Assembly (NCBI GenBank): GCA_002269645.1
Contig: NIVC01002463.1
Coordinates: 79,897-143,896 of the forward strand
Direction: 5' to 3'
Source of the DNA: Macrostomum lignano
Lineage: Eukaryota
DNA: 64,000 nucleotides
Shown: one piece after another, positions 22,546 to 35,377 of the stretch
How the letters are laid out: every line of letters begins with the position of its first letter
Position numbering within the stretch: position 1 is the stretch's first letter
Notes under the pieces: generated by a model
The model's database searches: none
The model's input: only the letters and a program-made list of their open reading frames with translations
Told to the model about the DNA's origin: nothing
Position numbers and translations under genes: made by a program

Positions 22546-25500
22546 TCAGCGCTTTCTGTTCCGCCGTCTCCCCGAACTCTTCCGCATCCCAAAGGCGGCA
22601 GTCCTGGCAGCCGCCCCGCTGCCGCCTGGGTCCCGCTTAAAGCAGGCCACAAAGAAGCCGCAGGTGCGGTCAGTGCCGGGCCCAGCCCGCAGGCACATGG
22701 GCCCGCAGTCGAATGCTGACAAGCCTCTGGTTGGCCAGCTGGACTTCATCAACCTGGCCAATCGCCAGCCTTTATCGGCGAACGAATTGGCGAGCTCCTG
22801 GACTACGGCTTCGTTCTCTTCCGAGTGCACCGAGCAGGTTGAGTAGACAACTCGCCTGGCGCTGGGGTAGTCGGTCAGAGCTGAGCGAAGCACCATTGCC
22901 TGCACAGTGGAATAGCGAGCACAATCCTTGAATCACTATTTTATATTTATTAAAAGCACAGTTTTTCTTACCTGGAAATTTGCCAGAGAAGCCAGGCGCT
23001 GCTGCTCCTTGGCTGCCGCCGATTCGGCATCCGAGGCACCGGCGCCGGCGCCCCCGTCAAGCGCTTGGCGCTCAACGCTGCGAGCGGTCAGACCGGAACC
23101 GGAACAGCTCGGATCCACCTGGTAATTTTTTTAGTAAAATGTTTTTTTTAGAAACTGATTCAGTCAACTGATAGAAACATAATAGTTCTGTTAGAGTGAG
23201 CTGTTAAAATACCTGCCTACTAAAGACAATAGAGCTAACTGTTAGCCGTGAAATCTATTAGACATGAGATCCAGCTGTTAGACATGAGATCTAGCTGTTA
23301 TACATGAGATCCAGCTGTTAGACATGAGATCCAGCTGTTAGACATGAGATCCAGCTGTTAGACATGAGATCCTGCTGTTAGACATGAGATCCAGCTGTTA
23401 GACATGAGATCCAACTGTTAGACATGAGATCCAACTGTTAGACATGAGATCCAGCTGTTAGACATGAGATCCAACTGTTAGACATGAAATCCAGCTGTTA
23501 GACATGAGATTCAGCTGTTAGACATGAGATCTAGCTGTTAGACATAAGATCCAGCTGTTAGACATGAGATCCAGCTGTTAGACATGAGATCTAGCTGTTA
23601 GACATAAGATCCAGCTGTTAGACATGAGATCCAGCTGTTAGACATGAGATCCAGCTGTTAGACATGAGATCCAGCTGTTAGACATGAGATTCAGCTGTTA
23701 GACATGAGATCTAGCTGTTAAACATAAGATCCAGCTGTTAGACATGAGATCCAGCTGTTAGACATGAGATCCAGCTGTTAGACATGAGATCTAGCTGTTA
23801 GACATGAGATCCAGCTGTTAGACATGAGATCTAGCTGTTAAACATAAGATCCAGCTGTTAGACATGAGATCCAGCTGTTAGACATGAGATCTAGCTGTTA
23901 GACATGAGATCCAACTGTTAGACATGAGATCTAGCTGTTAGACATGAGATCCAACTGTTAGACATGAGATACAGCTGTTAGACATGAGATCTAGCTGTTA
24001 GACATGAGATCTAGCTGTTAGACATGAGATCTAGCTGTTAGACATTAAATCCAGCTGTTAGACATGAGATCCAGCTGTTAGACATGAGATCTAGCTGTTA
24101 GACATGAGATCCAGCTGTTAGGCAGGAGGGCAGCAGGTCAAACAGCCCCCAGCACGCACCAGAATGTGGGTGATTCGGTCTCTGCACCGCTGGCTCAGCC
24201 GGTCGCCCAGCTGCAGGCAGTCGCAGCGCAGGCACCGCACCCGATCGCCGGCTCCCATAGCAACCAGTCGGCGTCTCAATTCACAGAATCGTTGGGCGTC
24301 GCGATCGACGGCCAGAACCCGGCCGGCCGGGCCGACCATAGCGGCCAGCTGGAGGGTTTTGTTGCCGGGCGCGGCGCAGGTGTCCAGCACCCAGGCGCCT
24401 GGCGGAGGCTGCAGGCAGACAGGCGGCAGGCAGCTGGCCTTGTCCACCAGGCAGAGGGCTCCGCCGGTGACCAGCGGGTGAACAGCCAGGCGAGCGGAGT
24501 CAGCCGCAGGGAAGGTGAGCAGATCCGGGATGTGAGCATCGGCGGCCAGGTAGGTGCCGGGTCGCAGGCTGTCCACGTCGCCGCCTTCGGCGTCATCGAT
24601 GGCGACAAAGCCGTCGGCAGACAGTCGGGCTCGAACTTCGGCCGGCTGCGCCAGCAGGCGGTTGATCCGAGCGTACCTGGGCAGCTGATGTGGCTGGGCC
24701 TGGCTACTGTCAGTAGTATCCGAGTCCAGCCGGACCCCGCGAAGCCGCTCAGCAAGATGCGGATGAACACCTGTTGAGTTGGGGAGGCTTCGGCACTGCA
24801 GGACATTGCGCAAGGCTGAGCCTGGACCACTGGATCATGATCCACCCCAACTAGTCATGAGAATGATGACCCAATCTAGTCATGAGAATGATGACCCAAT
24901 CTAGTCATTAGAATGATGACCCAATCTAGTCATGAGAATGATGACCCAATCGAGTCATGAGAATGACCCAATCTAGTCATGAGAATGACCCAATCTAGTC
25001 ATGAGAATGATGACCCAATCTAGTCATGAGAATGACCCAATCTAGTCATGAGAATGATGACCCAATCTAGTCATGAGAATGACCCAATCTAGTCATGAGA
25101 ATGATGACCCAATCTAGTCATGAGAATGACCCAATCTAGTCTGAGAATGATGACCCAATATAGTCATGAGAATGACCCAATCTAGTCACGAGAATGATGA
25201 CCCAATATAGTCATGAGAATGACCCAATCTAGTCACGAGAATGACCCAGTCTAGCCACGAGAATGACCCAATCTAGTCATGAGAATGATGACCCAATCTA
25301 GTCATGAGAATGATGACCCAATCTAGTCATGAGAATGATGACCCAATCTAGTCATGAGAATGACCCCAACTAGTCATGAGAATGATGACCCAATCTAGCC
25401 ACGAGAATGACCCAATCTAGTCACGAGAATGACCCAATCTAGCCACGAGAATGACCCAATCTAGTCATGAGAATGACCCAATCTAGTCATGAGAATGACC

Positions 25501-25960
25501 CAATCTAGTCACGAGAATGACCCAATCTAGCCACGAGAATGACCCAATCTAGTCATGAGAATGACCCAATCTAGTCACGAGAATGACCCAATCTAGTCAT
25601 GAGAAAAGTCGCACCTGGGGGTCGATGCGAGGACGTCGCCGGCCGGAGCAGCAGGTCGCAGGCCTGGACCAGGCATTCAAAGCGGCTGGCAGGCAGACTG
25701 CCGTCGGCAACAACAGGCCGGCCAGTTGCAGCGTCCAGCACGCCAGCGTTGATCAGCGCAGACTCGAGCTGGTTTAGCGAGCGGAGGGCGCGGCAGACTA
25801 GCGCGCAGAGCATTCGGCGCCGGCTGTTGTTGGCGCCGGCAGTGCTCGGCGACCCGGTGGCGGCTTTGTAAAGCGCGGATTTCAAGCCGCTACGGCCGGT
25901 GGCAACCAGCTCGAGCAGGCGGCCGGCCTGGCGATAGTCCAGACGGCGCAGTAATTTCAT
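22546..25960 (-). CDS. NSUN5: NSUN5 (Rcm1-like) rRNA cytosine-C5 methyltransferase, about 485 aa, 4 exons
   Basis: Exons 25960-25615, 24770-24160, 23118-22972, 22899-22546 in phase. Motifs LPRYARIN, DKASCLPP, VLDTCAAPGNKT, ILVDPSCSGSG, RVVYSTCSVHSEENEAVV, GFFVACF match NSUN5. Confidence 0.94.
23262..24120. repeat. 20-bp minisatellite (CTGTTAGACATGAGATCCAG)n in NSUN5 intron 2
   Basis: About 43 copies. Confidence 0.97.
24845..25605. repeat. 22/25-bp minisatellite in NSUN5 intron 1
   Basis: Unit CTAGTCATGAGAATGA(TGA)CCCAAT. Confidence 0.96.
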
Positions 25961-26029
25961 ATTCGAAAGTATATAAGTTTGTACAGTAGTATTTTCAGAG
26001 GATTATGTATGCGAGTCAAGCAATCGGAA

Positions 26030-26910
26030 CAGGTGTTTCTAGGTGACCCGGTATGAGCAACAGGTGTGTTCTGGGTGACCCGGTATGAGCAACAGGTGTG
26101 TTCTGGGTGACCCGGTATGAGCAACAGGTGTGTTCTGGGTGACCCGGTATGAGCAACAGGTGTGGGTTCTGGGTGACCCAGTATGAGCAACAGGTGTGTT
26201 TTGGGTGAACCGGTATGAGCAACAGGTTGTGTGTTCTGAGTGACCCGGTATGAACAACAGGTGTGTATTATGGGTGACCTGGTTTGAGCAACAGGTGTGT
26301 GTTATGGGTGACCTGGTATGAGCAACAGGTGTGTGTTCTGAGTGACCCGGTATGAACAACAGGTGTGTATTATGGGTGACCTGGTTTGAGCAACAGGTGT
26401 GTGTTATGGGTGACCTGGTATGAGCAACAGGTGTGTATTATGGGTGACCTGGTTTGAGCAACAGGTGTGTGTTATGGGTGACCTGGTATGAGCAACAGGT
26501 GTGTGTTATGGGTGACCCGGTATGAGCAACAGGTGTGTGTTCTGGGTGAACCGGTATGAGGAACAGGTGTGGGTTCTGGGTGACCCGGTATGAGCAACAG
26601 GTGTGTGTTATGGGTGACCTGGTATGAGCAACAGGTGTGTGTTCTGGGTGACCCGGTATGACGAACAGGTGTGTGTTATGGGTGCCCCGGTATGAGCAAC
26701 AGGTGTGGGTATGTGTGACCCGGTATGAGCAACAGGTGTGTGTTATGGGTGACCTGGTATGAGCAACAGGTGTGTGTTCTGGGTGACCCGGTATGAGGAA
26801 CAGGTGTGGGTTCTGGGTGACCCGGTATGAGCAACAGGTGTATGTTATTGGTGACCTGGTATGAGCAACAGGTGTGTGTTCTGGGTGACCCGGTATGAGG
26901 AACAGGTGTA
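26030..26910. repeat. 29-33-bp minisatellite upstream of NSUN5
   Basis: Unit GGTGACCCGGTATGAGCAACAGGTGT(GT)GTTCTG. Confidence 0.95.
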
Positions 26911-27567
26911 AGTCAAGTGACCCAATGAAACTTAGCGAGCCAGTGAATTAATGACCAAGTCTCCAAACAAACGGTTATTTAAAAAGAAAAAATATATAAT
27001 TTGTGCCAAGTATATGTAATTAATTAAGGCAAAAAACTTAACAGAAAAAAATCACATTCGAAATGACCGCATGCGCTCGCGAAAGAAACTCTGCGTTTGA
27101 ATAAACAGGCCACGCGGTTTAGAAAAACGAAAACGCATTCTGACTACTGTAAGTAGCAGAATATTTAGACGAAAAGCGTACAAGTTTGCCACAGACTCTG
27201 AAATGACTTTGATATAAATAAATAAACGGAATGTTTAAAACAGAAAAGGCGAAATGGTCTGTCAGCTGTCAGAGTGTTGGTGGAATTTTATCGATCCACT
27301 GAAAAAGGAAAATCACAGGAAGTTCAACCAGCCGCAAGGACTGTAGAAGCACGCTAGTAAAAATAAATATTAATAGAAAAATATTAAGCATGAAGACATT
27401 GTCTGGATTGGTTTGTTTTTTAAATAATTAGGAAAAAAAGTACTCTGCAAAACTGAAGTTAGTGTATAAAAATTTAAGGTACATCAGCTGATTGTATATG
27501 TGTTATGAAAGCAAAGCACACCTTGAGCAAAATGCTTTGTGCACCTGTCACCACAGATTATTAGAAT

Positions 27568-27988
27568 AACTAGATGGGCCACTCAGCACATTTGCGTGTA
27601 AGCTACTTTCAGTTCAGTAGTAAGTTAAACTGAAGCATTTTAATGTATTTTTAAAGCCAAGGCTGATTTATTGGCTCCTACCCCCCCGCTTACACCCTCG
27701 ACCCGCGCCTTTCCACACTACCCCCCGCGTCGCCCCAATTTTTATTGCCTTTCTTGGAATTCCAGCCTAAAGCTGCCATGTACATTTCAGTGGACTGGCC
27801 AATGTACAATACTGCTGAACCAATTAGCAAGTTGTTTACGCCTGCAAGCTTGTTAGGCTTCTAAACTTATCAAAGTCATTTCAGCTGGCTTTACTTTTAT
27901 AAAATAGCTTATGTATTCTTCTTTGCTACTGAACTGAAAGTAGAAAGCTGTTTTACTAATGATAGACGCCTGAGTGGCCCATCTAGTT
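27568..27988. mobile_element. Unclassified MITE with terminal inverted repeats
   Basis: Perfect 19-bp TIR AACTAGATGGGCCACTCAG / CTGAGTGGCCCATCTAGTT, further inner inverted blocks (CTACTTTCAGTTCAGTAG / CTACTGAACTGAAAGTAG), no ORF. Confidence 0.8.
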
Positions 27989-28139
27989 AATTTAGAATCT
28001 GCGCTTCCAGCAGCAGCTCAGTGTGTGTATGAGTGTGGATTATGAATGAAGATCAGAACTGCATCGTTATTGATTTAAATTTTAATGTTTTTTAAAGGAA
28101 AAGGCACAGCCTAGTTAGAAAATAAACTAAACTGGAAAT

Positions 28140-28430
28140 AAGTGACTCTAGAGGACTCTAAAATGAGATGTCATGGAAAAGGGCCCCCCAAAGTTCGTCA
28201 AAGAGTTGTCTAAGAGTCAGTTTGAGACGTTTAGATAGTCTGCGACTCGGGGGCGGTTCTGTAATGACCCCGGGGCCGTAATGTGAGGCGTGCTGGAGAC
28301 GCTATGGAGTCACTGAGTTGCGTTTAAGGCGCAACTGCGTCACTTTGCAACTCACGTGATGCGCTCGTGACTCAAAAGTCGTATTTAAGTCGCTAAAAAG
28401 TCACACGAGTCGCCCCAGAGTCACGGTAAC
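28140..28430 (+). repeat. Dispersed GACTC/GAGTC-rich repeat family (other copies 32768-32935, 35520-35670 plus 36005-36110, reversed 46800-47012)
   Basis: Shared blocks AAGTGACTCTA, GAGATGTCA, AAAAAGTCGTCAAAGAG, GAGGCGTGCT and AACTCACGTGATG aligned by eye between copies. Confidence 0.7.
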
Positions 28431-28785
28431 GTTTTCAATGGGTTATGAATATAGATCAGAACTACATCGTTGATGATATAAATTCAGATTTCTCTAAGAA
28501 ACAAAGGCACAGCCCAGTTAACTGAAATGGTTATCAGCCGCACTCATTTATGCAATTGTGGATTAGCGATAGTGGAACATGCAGGCATACATAGAGACTA
28601 AAAAAAGACAGATTGTCCGGCAGAAGACCTGAAGACTCGCTTACATCATCATCATCAGCCCTCTAAAAAATAAAATTCGGAACACAAATAAACATAGAAA
28701 AAATGCCAGAATTTGAATTAATTTACAGCAGGTAAAAATAGCCCTAGCAACAAGCGCCCCAGCTACATAGCAACAACCAAGGAGT

Positions 28786-31700
28786 CTAGAACGGTCGCTT
28801 ACGGAGCAGCATTGACAGCAGTGGAATTCCAACTACAGCGGAGCCGCACACCGCAGCGGCTGCCAGCATCAACGGCGACAAGCCAGCGGCTCCGCCCTGA
28901 TTGGCCACCGCCGTCTCCCTGCTGGCCAGCTGCTCAGCGAATTCTTGTCTCTGCCGCTCCAGCTGCTCAGCCATCTCCAGCTCGTGCTCGCGAACTAGAC
29001 TGACCCGTTCCAGCTGCCACTGCTCAGCACCATCAGGCCCAGACTGGTCAGCGAGCTCCCGCCGTTCCAGCCGCTCCTGTTCAAGCTGCATCTCCGTCTG
29101 CATCAGCTGAGTACGAAGCTGCTGCTGCTCAACCTGCAGCTGCTCGATCTGCTGCTCGGTATTTTCCTGCGACTCCTCAACTTTATGCTGGCTTTGAAGT
29201 TGACGCTCCAGTTTAAGCATTTGCTCTTCGTGCAACTTTTGCAGTCTTTCAACTTCTACTTTATGACTTTGCTGCTGCTGCTCCAGCTGCTTCTGCAGCT
29301 CCTCTTGCTGTACTTGCTTTAGCTGCTCTAGCTGATCTTGGTAATCGATCTCCTGACTTTGCCGTTGCTGCTGCTGCAACTCTTTGCGGAGGTCTTGCCG
29401 TTGCTGCTCCAGCTGAATTTGATAGTCTTGTTGACGCACTTTCAACTTCTGTTGAAGCTCTTGCACCCTGTGCTGGTGCTGCAACTCAACTTCTTCCCGC
29501 TGCTTTAGGCTTTCCTCTTCATGTTTATGGTGCTGCAGCTCCAACAGCTTTCGGTACTCTTCCCGCTTCTGCTCCAGTTGTTGTTTGTAGTACTCTAGCT
29601 GCTCAAGCACCTGCTCCTCAATATGTTGGTCATTTACTTTATTTCGGTATTCTTCTTGAAGCTTGCTACGCTGCTCTTCGAGCTTTCGCTGATGCTCTTC
29701 TTGCAATACTTTCTGCTGCTCCTCCAGTTGTTGCTGATGCTCTTCACTGAGCTTCTTCTGCTGCTCCTCCAGCTGTTGCTGATGATCTTCACTGAGCTTC
29801 TTCTGCTGCTCCTCCAGCTGTTGCTGATGCTCTTCACTGAGCTTCTTCTGCTGCTCCTCCAGCTGTTGCTGATGCTCTTCACTGAGCTTCTTCTGCTGCT
29901 CCTCCAGCTGTTGCTGATGATCTTCACTGAGCTTCTTCTGCTGCTCCTCCAGCTGTTGCTGATGCTCTTCACTGAGCTTCTTCTGCTGCTCCTCCAGCTG
30001 TTGCTGATGCTCTTCACTGAGCTTCTTCTGTTGCTCCTCCAGCTGTTGCTGATGCTCTTCACTGAGCTTCTTCTGTTGCTCCTCCAGCTGTTGCTGATGC
30101 TCTTCACTGAGCTTCTTCTGTTGCTCCTCCAGCTGTTGCTGATGCTCTTCACTGAGCTTCTTCTGTTGCTCCTCCAGCTGTTGCTGATGATCTTCACTGA
30201 GCTTCTTCTGTTGCTCCTCCAGCTGTTGCTGATGCTCTTCACTGAGCTTCTTCTGTTGCTCCTCCAGCTGTTGCTGATGATCTTCACTGAGCTTCTTCTG
30301 TTGCTCCTCCAGCTGTTGCTGATGCTCTTCACTGAGCTTCTTCTGCTGCTCCTCCAGCTGTTGGTTAAGTTCTTGACGTAGAATTTTCTTTTGTTCTTCT
30401 AAACTTTGCCGATGTTCTTCAGTCAGAATTTGCAGCTGCTGCTCATTTGCAATATGATTTTGTTCATCTTGGTGCACAGAAGTTTGGACACGAGATGGTC
30501 CTCTCGGTTGGTTCTGAAGCATGACCTGCTCGCCTCGCCGTTTTCCCTGCATATTATTTTGCTGCTGATCCAACTGCTGCTGAGGCTGCTTCTGTCGCAG
30601 CTCTACTTGCTCTTCGTACCGCTCTTGAAGCTTCTTTAGCTGCTTCTCGAGCTGCTCATATTCATACTGCAAGTTTTGATACTTCTGCCGATGCTGCTCT
30701 TCTTGCTGAGCCTGCATCGCCTCCTGCTTCTTGCGCTGCTGTTTGCGCGTCACAATCTCTAGCGCCTGCAGCTCTTGACGGTATTGGTCTCGCAGCTGTT
30801 GCAGCTGCTCCCGCAAATCATCCTGGTGCTTCTCTTTCATAGCCTTCTCCTGTTGCTTTAATTGCATTTGGTGCTGCTCTTCTAGCTCCTGTTGTTGCCG
30901 CAGTAACTGCTGCTTCAGCTGTTCTTGGTTCTGCAACGGCTCTACAGCCTGGTCTTGAGCTTGCTGCTCCTGCATCGGCAGCTCCTGCTGCTGAGACAGA
31001 GACAACAAATCTTTTTTTAGCTTAGCTTGCTCCTCTAGCAATGCATTCTCCCGTTCTTTCTGCTCAAACAACTGCAACTGCAATTCTTTGTCCTTCCGCG
31101 ATAACTGCTGGTAATCTTCCTCAAGTGCTTTCTGTTCCTGGCGGTGCTTTTCCTGCAGCTCCGCTAGTTGCTGCTTCAGCTGATTCTCATGCTGCTCCTG
31201 CAGCGCCTGCCGCTGCTCATCCAGCTGTGCCTGATAGTTTTGCAGAAGTGAGCTATCGAGAAGCTGCATCTGCTCTTTGCCTGACTCAGACTTCTGTGCA
31301 TCCGACTCTTCATACAGCCGAGTAGGCTGCTCATTATCCGAGCTAATATCTTGAAAGTACACTTCGTTAAACACATTCAACAGCTCCGCCGGCTGCTCTG
31401 AGTCTGAATGCTCATCCTGTCTCTGGCATTGGATGGGAAGAAACAGCATCCGCTGCTCAACAGGCTTGGATTTGTCCTGCTCCTGAAATTGTAGCAGATC
31501 AATAAGTTAGCGGAATGAGAAAATTCAGTTTTATAACTTAATAACTGTCAAGCATGTAAAGTCTCAGTGCTTTGGGGCTGGCTCTCATGGGTGTGAACCG
31601 AACGAAAAATCTCAAATGTCAATTTTCGTTTAAACTAGCAATCTACGCCCCCGTTGGGGAGCCAAAGAAATGCAATACACGTTTTTTAATAAGCTACATG

Positions 31701-34700
31701 TATCCTTGAAATCTTAAAAAATCTCCTGTCAAACCTTGTAAGCCTTGACATGTCAGTAATCCCCCCACAAGCTTTAACATATCAACTTCCCCCCTTGACA
31801 TCTCAGCAATGCCCCCAATAAGCCTTTGGAAATCTAAAAATATCTGTCAACCTTCTAACCCTAACCCTAGCCTAACCCTAACCCTAGCCTAACCCTAACC
31901 CTAACCTAACCCTAACCCTAACCCTAACCCTAAAGCATTGAAATTTCAGTAATTCTCTCTAAGAGTCATTATAGCACTACTACAGCATTATAGTGATTCC
32001 CTGCAAGCCTCGACCTCGTAGGGATTCCCAAATTAATCTCTTAACTTCGACATGAAGCTTCTTTTATTTTTTACATTACGCTTTTTTATCAGCGATCCCT
32101 CCCCTGAGGAGGCATCAAATAATGTAATAAAAAGTTTTCAATAAACTACATGTAGCTTCTGACTTTAGCCTTGAAATCTCATTTATACCCCCGTGAGCCT
32201 TGACATCTCAGCTATTCCCCCCGTAAGCCTTGACATGTCAGCGATGGCCCTCATAAACCTTGAAATCTAAAAAATCCCCTGTTAACCTTGAAACCCGATA
32301 AAATCTAACCCTCAACCCACACCTGACCTAAACCTAACTTTAACCCAACCTAAAGCCTTGAAATCTCAGCAATTCTTCTCCCTTAAGCCTTGACATTTTA
32401 GTGATTCCTTCTTTAAGAATCACAGCACTATAACGATTTCCACCAAGCTTTGACATCGTAGCAATTCCCAAATGAATCTTTTAACTTCGACATGACTTTT
32501 CTTTTATGTATACATAGTGCTACTTTTATTTTTTACATGACTCTTCTTCTATCAGCGCCCCCCGTGGCGAGCCAACAAAGAATGTAATAAAAAAATTGAG
32601 TAAAGTACATGCACTTTGAAGTAGCTTCTGACTTTTGCTTTGACATCTCAGAATCCCCCCCCGTAATCTCAGTTATTCTTTGAGAGCCTTTACGTCTCAG
32701 TTTTTCTCCCCAGCACAGCATTATAGCTGCATTTAATTTTTACATGACACCCTTCATGTCTGACATGAGAAGTGACTCTATGACGACTCTAAGGCCACGA
32801 GATGTCGCGGTAAAAATTAGCACTAAAAAGTCGTCAACTCTAACAACTCTATTTAGTCTACCGTCGCATTGCAGTCGGTTGAGTTGCTAAAAAGTCACAA
32901 GAGAGTCGCCCCAGACTCGCTAGACTCGCTAGTAAGTTATTTGCGATCAGATTTATTGTCTATTACAAGATGCAAAATTGCCTTTTGCGATTGGCAGGTA
33001 CCATGCAGTTCAGGAACTACTGTTCAGGAAGATCAGCGCTCACCCCAACCAATCCTGTCACAGAGCCCTCGGCCATGGAACCCCTGCTAGATCCGTGCAG
33101 CGAGCCTTCCGCCGTGAACGCAACGCCTGCAGAGGTGTCAGCGTCCTGGCTGAAATCTTCCGGATTCGAGTCCGCTTTGCTTTGCCTGCCGTCTGAGGCA
33201 TCCAGCGTAGACCTCTGAGAACTTATTGACTGATTGGACAGCCTGACAGCCTGTGTGAAGCGGTATTTGTATCAGACATGCAATCGCACCTTGGTAACAA
33301 ATGAATTTCAAGAATAAAAACTGAATTCTAATTGAATCAGAATTCCAACCTTGACTAGCAGTACAAGCTAGCTATTAGACACTACCGTGACCAAAAACAC
33401 TGCAGACATGGAAGTGGCAAGTCACCAGAGCTTACGTGGCATCCTTAGTAAATGTGATATTTGAATCTACCGCCTCACTAATCAAAACACAAAAAACAAA
33501 CTCACCTGCTCAATATAGTACTCCAACTGTTGAGCCAGCGGCCCGTCTGTCTGAGTCTGCTGCTGCTGCTGCCCAGGCTGCTCGGGCTCCTGCACCTGGT
33601 CCAACAGACGCTCGAGCCGGCTTAGCATGGCCTCGTCGCAGACCACCGGAGCATCCAGGCTGACGCCCGCAACCGTGGATGACAGGTCGGAGAACACCCG
33701 GTTGAGCTCGCTGAGTCGCTCGTCTAATCGACGCTCCCGTCGAAGCGATTCGGCGAGGCACTGCGCGATGGCGGCGGTTGCACCGGCGTTGGCGACCTCG
33801 GAGGCTGGCGAATCGGTCACGGAGGTGTCCTCGGAGCTGGCGGTGCTGCACACAGAGCCTGGTGCGGACGGCTGCTCCGGCGGTCGAACCGCTTCGGTGC
33901 CGTCCGGATGGAACAGCTGGACGCGGGCAACGATGCTGTTGTGCGTCACCTGCGGCAAAATGCGTCACCTGCGGGTTGTGCTACTTATAGTAGCCTATGG
34001 CTTTAGGTAATAAATAACTAGATTGGGCAAGAACTGCTAAAGGAAGGAGGCAGAAATCTCTATTGGCCGTAATATTTAGCACGGCAGGTGAGAATTTTAG
34101 TGAACATGACCCCCGATTTTTCAATAGAGGGCAGCTGACACCCTTGACCTCCCCTGGGTGGTTTCTTTATCGCAGTTAAACAATAATTGCAAATACCAGG
34201 GGGAGACAGCGACATCTGAATGTCAGGGGCACCCATTTCGATTTGGGGCACCACTTTCGGTGAGGGGGGCACCACTTTCGGTAGGGGGCATCACTTTCGG
34301 TAGGGGGGGGGGGGGGGGGGCACCACTTTCGGTAGGGGGGCATCACTTTCGGTGGAGGGCACCACTTTCGGTAGGGGGGCATCACTTTCGGTGGGGGGCA
34401 CCACTTTCGGTAGGGGGCATCACTTTCGGCGGGGGGCACCACTTTCGGTAGGGGGCATCACTTTCGGTGGGGGGGGCATCACTTTCGGTAGGGGGCATCA
34501 CTTTCGGTGGGGGGGCATCACTTTCGGTAGGGGGCATCACTTTCGGTAGGGGGGGGGGGGCACCACTTTCGGTAGGGGGGGGGGGGCATCACTTTCGGTG
34601 GGGGGGCACCACTTTCGGTAGGGGGGGGCACCACTTTCGGTAGGGGGGCATCACTTTCGGTGGGGGGGCACCACTTTCGGTAGGGGGGCATCACTTTCGG

Positions 34701-35377
34701 TAGGGGGGGGGGGCACCACTTTCGGTAGGGGGGCACCACTTTCGGTAGGGGGGCATCACTTTCAGTAGGGGGGCACCACTTTCGGTAGGGGGGCACCACT
34801 TTCGGTAGGGGGGCATCACTTTCAGTAGGGGGGCACCACTTTCGGTAGGGGGCACCACTTTCGGTAGGGGGGCATCACTTTCAGTAGGGGGGCAACACTT
34901 TCGGTGGGGGGGGCACCACTTTCGGTGGGGGGGCACCACTTTCGGTGACCGGGGAGCGATCTATAAAAGCATTCCCAATTTCCCATGACGCACCTGTTTA
35001 GTCGAGTCGACTACTTCAACGCCGAGCTGCAGGAGGTCGCCGCTGTACAGTGGCTCCGGCTTGCTGGCCTGGGTGCTGGGGCTGAGGCGGCGCCCATTAA
35101 CAAATGTGCCATTAGCGCTACCAGCGTCAACAATAAAAAACCCGGCATCTTTATAATAGATGCTGCCATGATCCCGGCTGAGGACTCGACAGTCGAATAT
35201 TGCGTTGCCAGGCTCGGCGCGTTGCTTAGCAACTGCTCGGCCAATTTTAACAGTTAACGAATCGTCATCTAGTGTCAACCGGCGAGGCTCAAACAGTGAC
35301 GATTTTGTACTCGGACAGAGGAGGATGACCGGATGTCCGGACGGCTGCTCGGACAGCTCACCAGAGGTGACGCTCAT
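28786..35377 (-). CDS. SLMAP: SLMAP-like protein (N-terminal FHA, long coiled coil, C-terminal tail anchor), about 1230 aa, 4 exons
   Basis: Exons 35377-34994, 33949-33506, 33214-33044, 31482-28786 in phase. FHA KIGRAVAKQRAEPGNAIFDCRVLSRDH...SANGTFVNGRRLS...SGDLLQLGVEV followed by VTHNSIVARVQLFHPDGTEA matches SLMAP; Q/E-rich coil; hydrophobic C-terminus LMLAAAAVCGSAVVGIPLLSMLLRKRPF. Start codon is provisional. Confidence 0.85.
29700..30365 (-). repeat. Coding 45-bp (15-aa) tandem repeat QQQLEEQQKKLSE(E/D)H
   Basis: About 14-15 near-identical copies inside the last SLMAP-like exon. Confidence 0.97.
31855..31932. repeat. Interstitial telomere-like (CCCTAA)n tract
   Basis: About 12 CCCTAA/CCTAG variants within SLMAP-like intron 3. 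Confidence 0.9.
34240..34945. repeat. G-run minisatellite (CACTTTCGGTAGGGGGGCAY)n in SLMAP-like intron 1
   Basis: 19-25-bp units with G runs of variable length. Confidence 0.95.

Noticed and set aside
29623-30381. Leu-rich antisense ORF (252 aa) as an overlapping gene
   Set aside because: It is the expected antisense shadow of CAG/GAG/AAG-rich coiled-coil codons in the 45-bp repeat.
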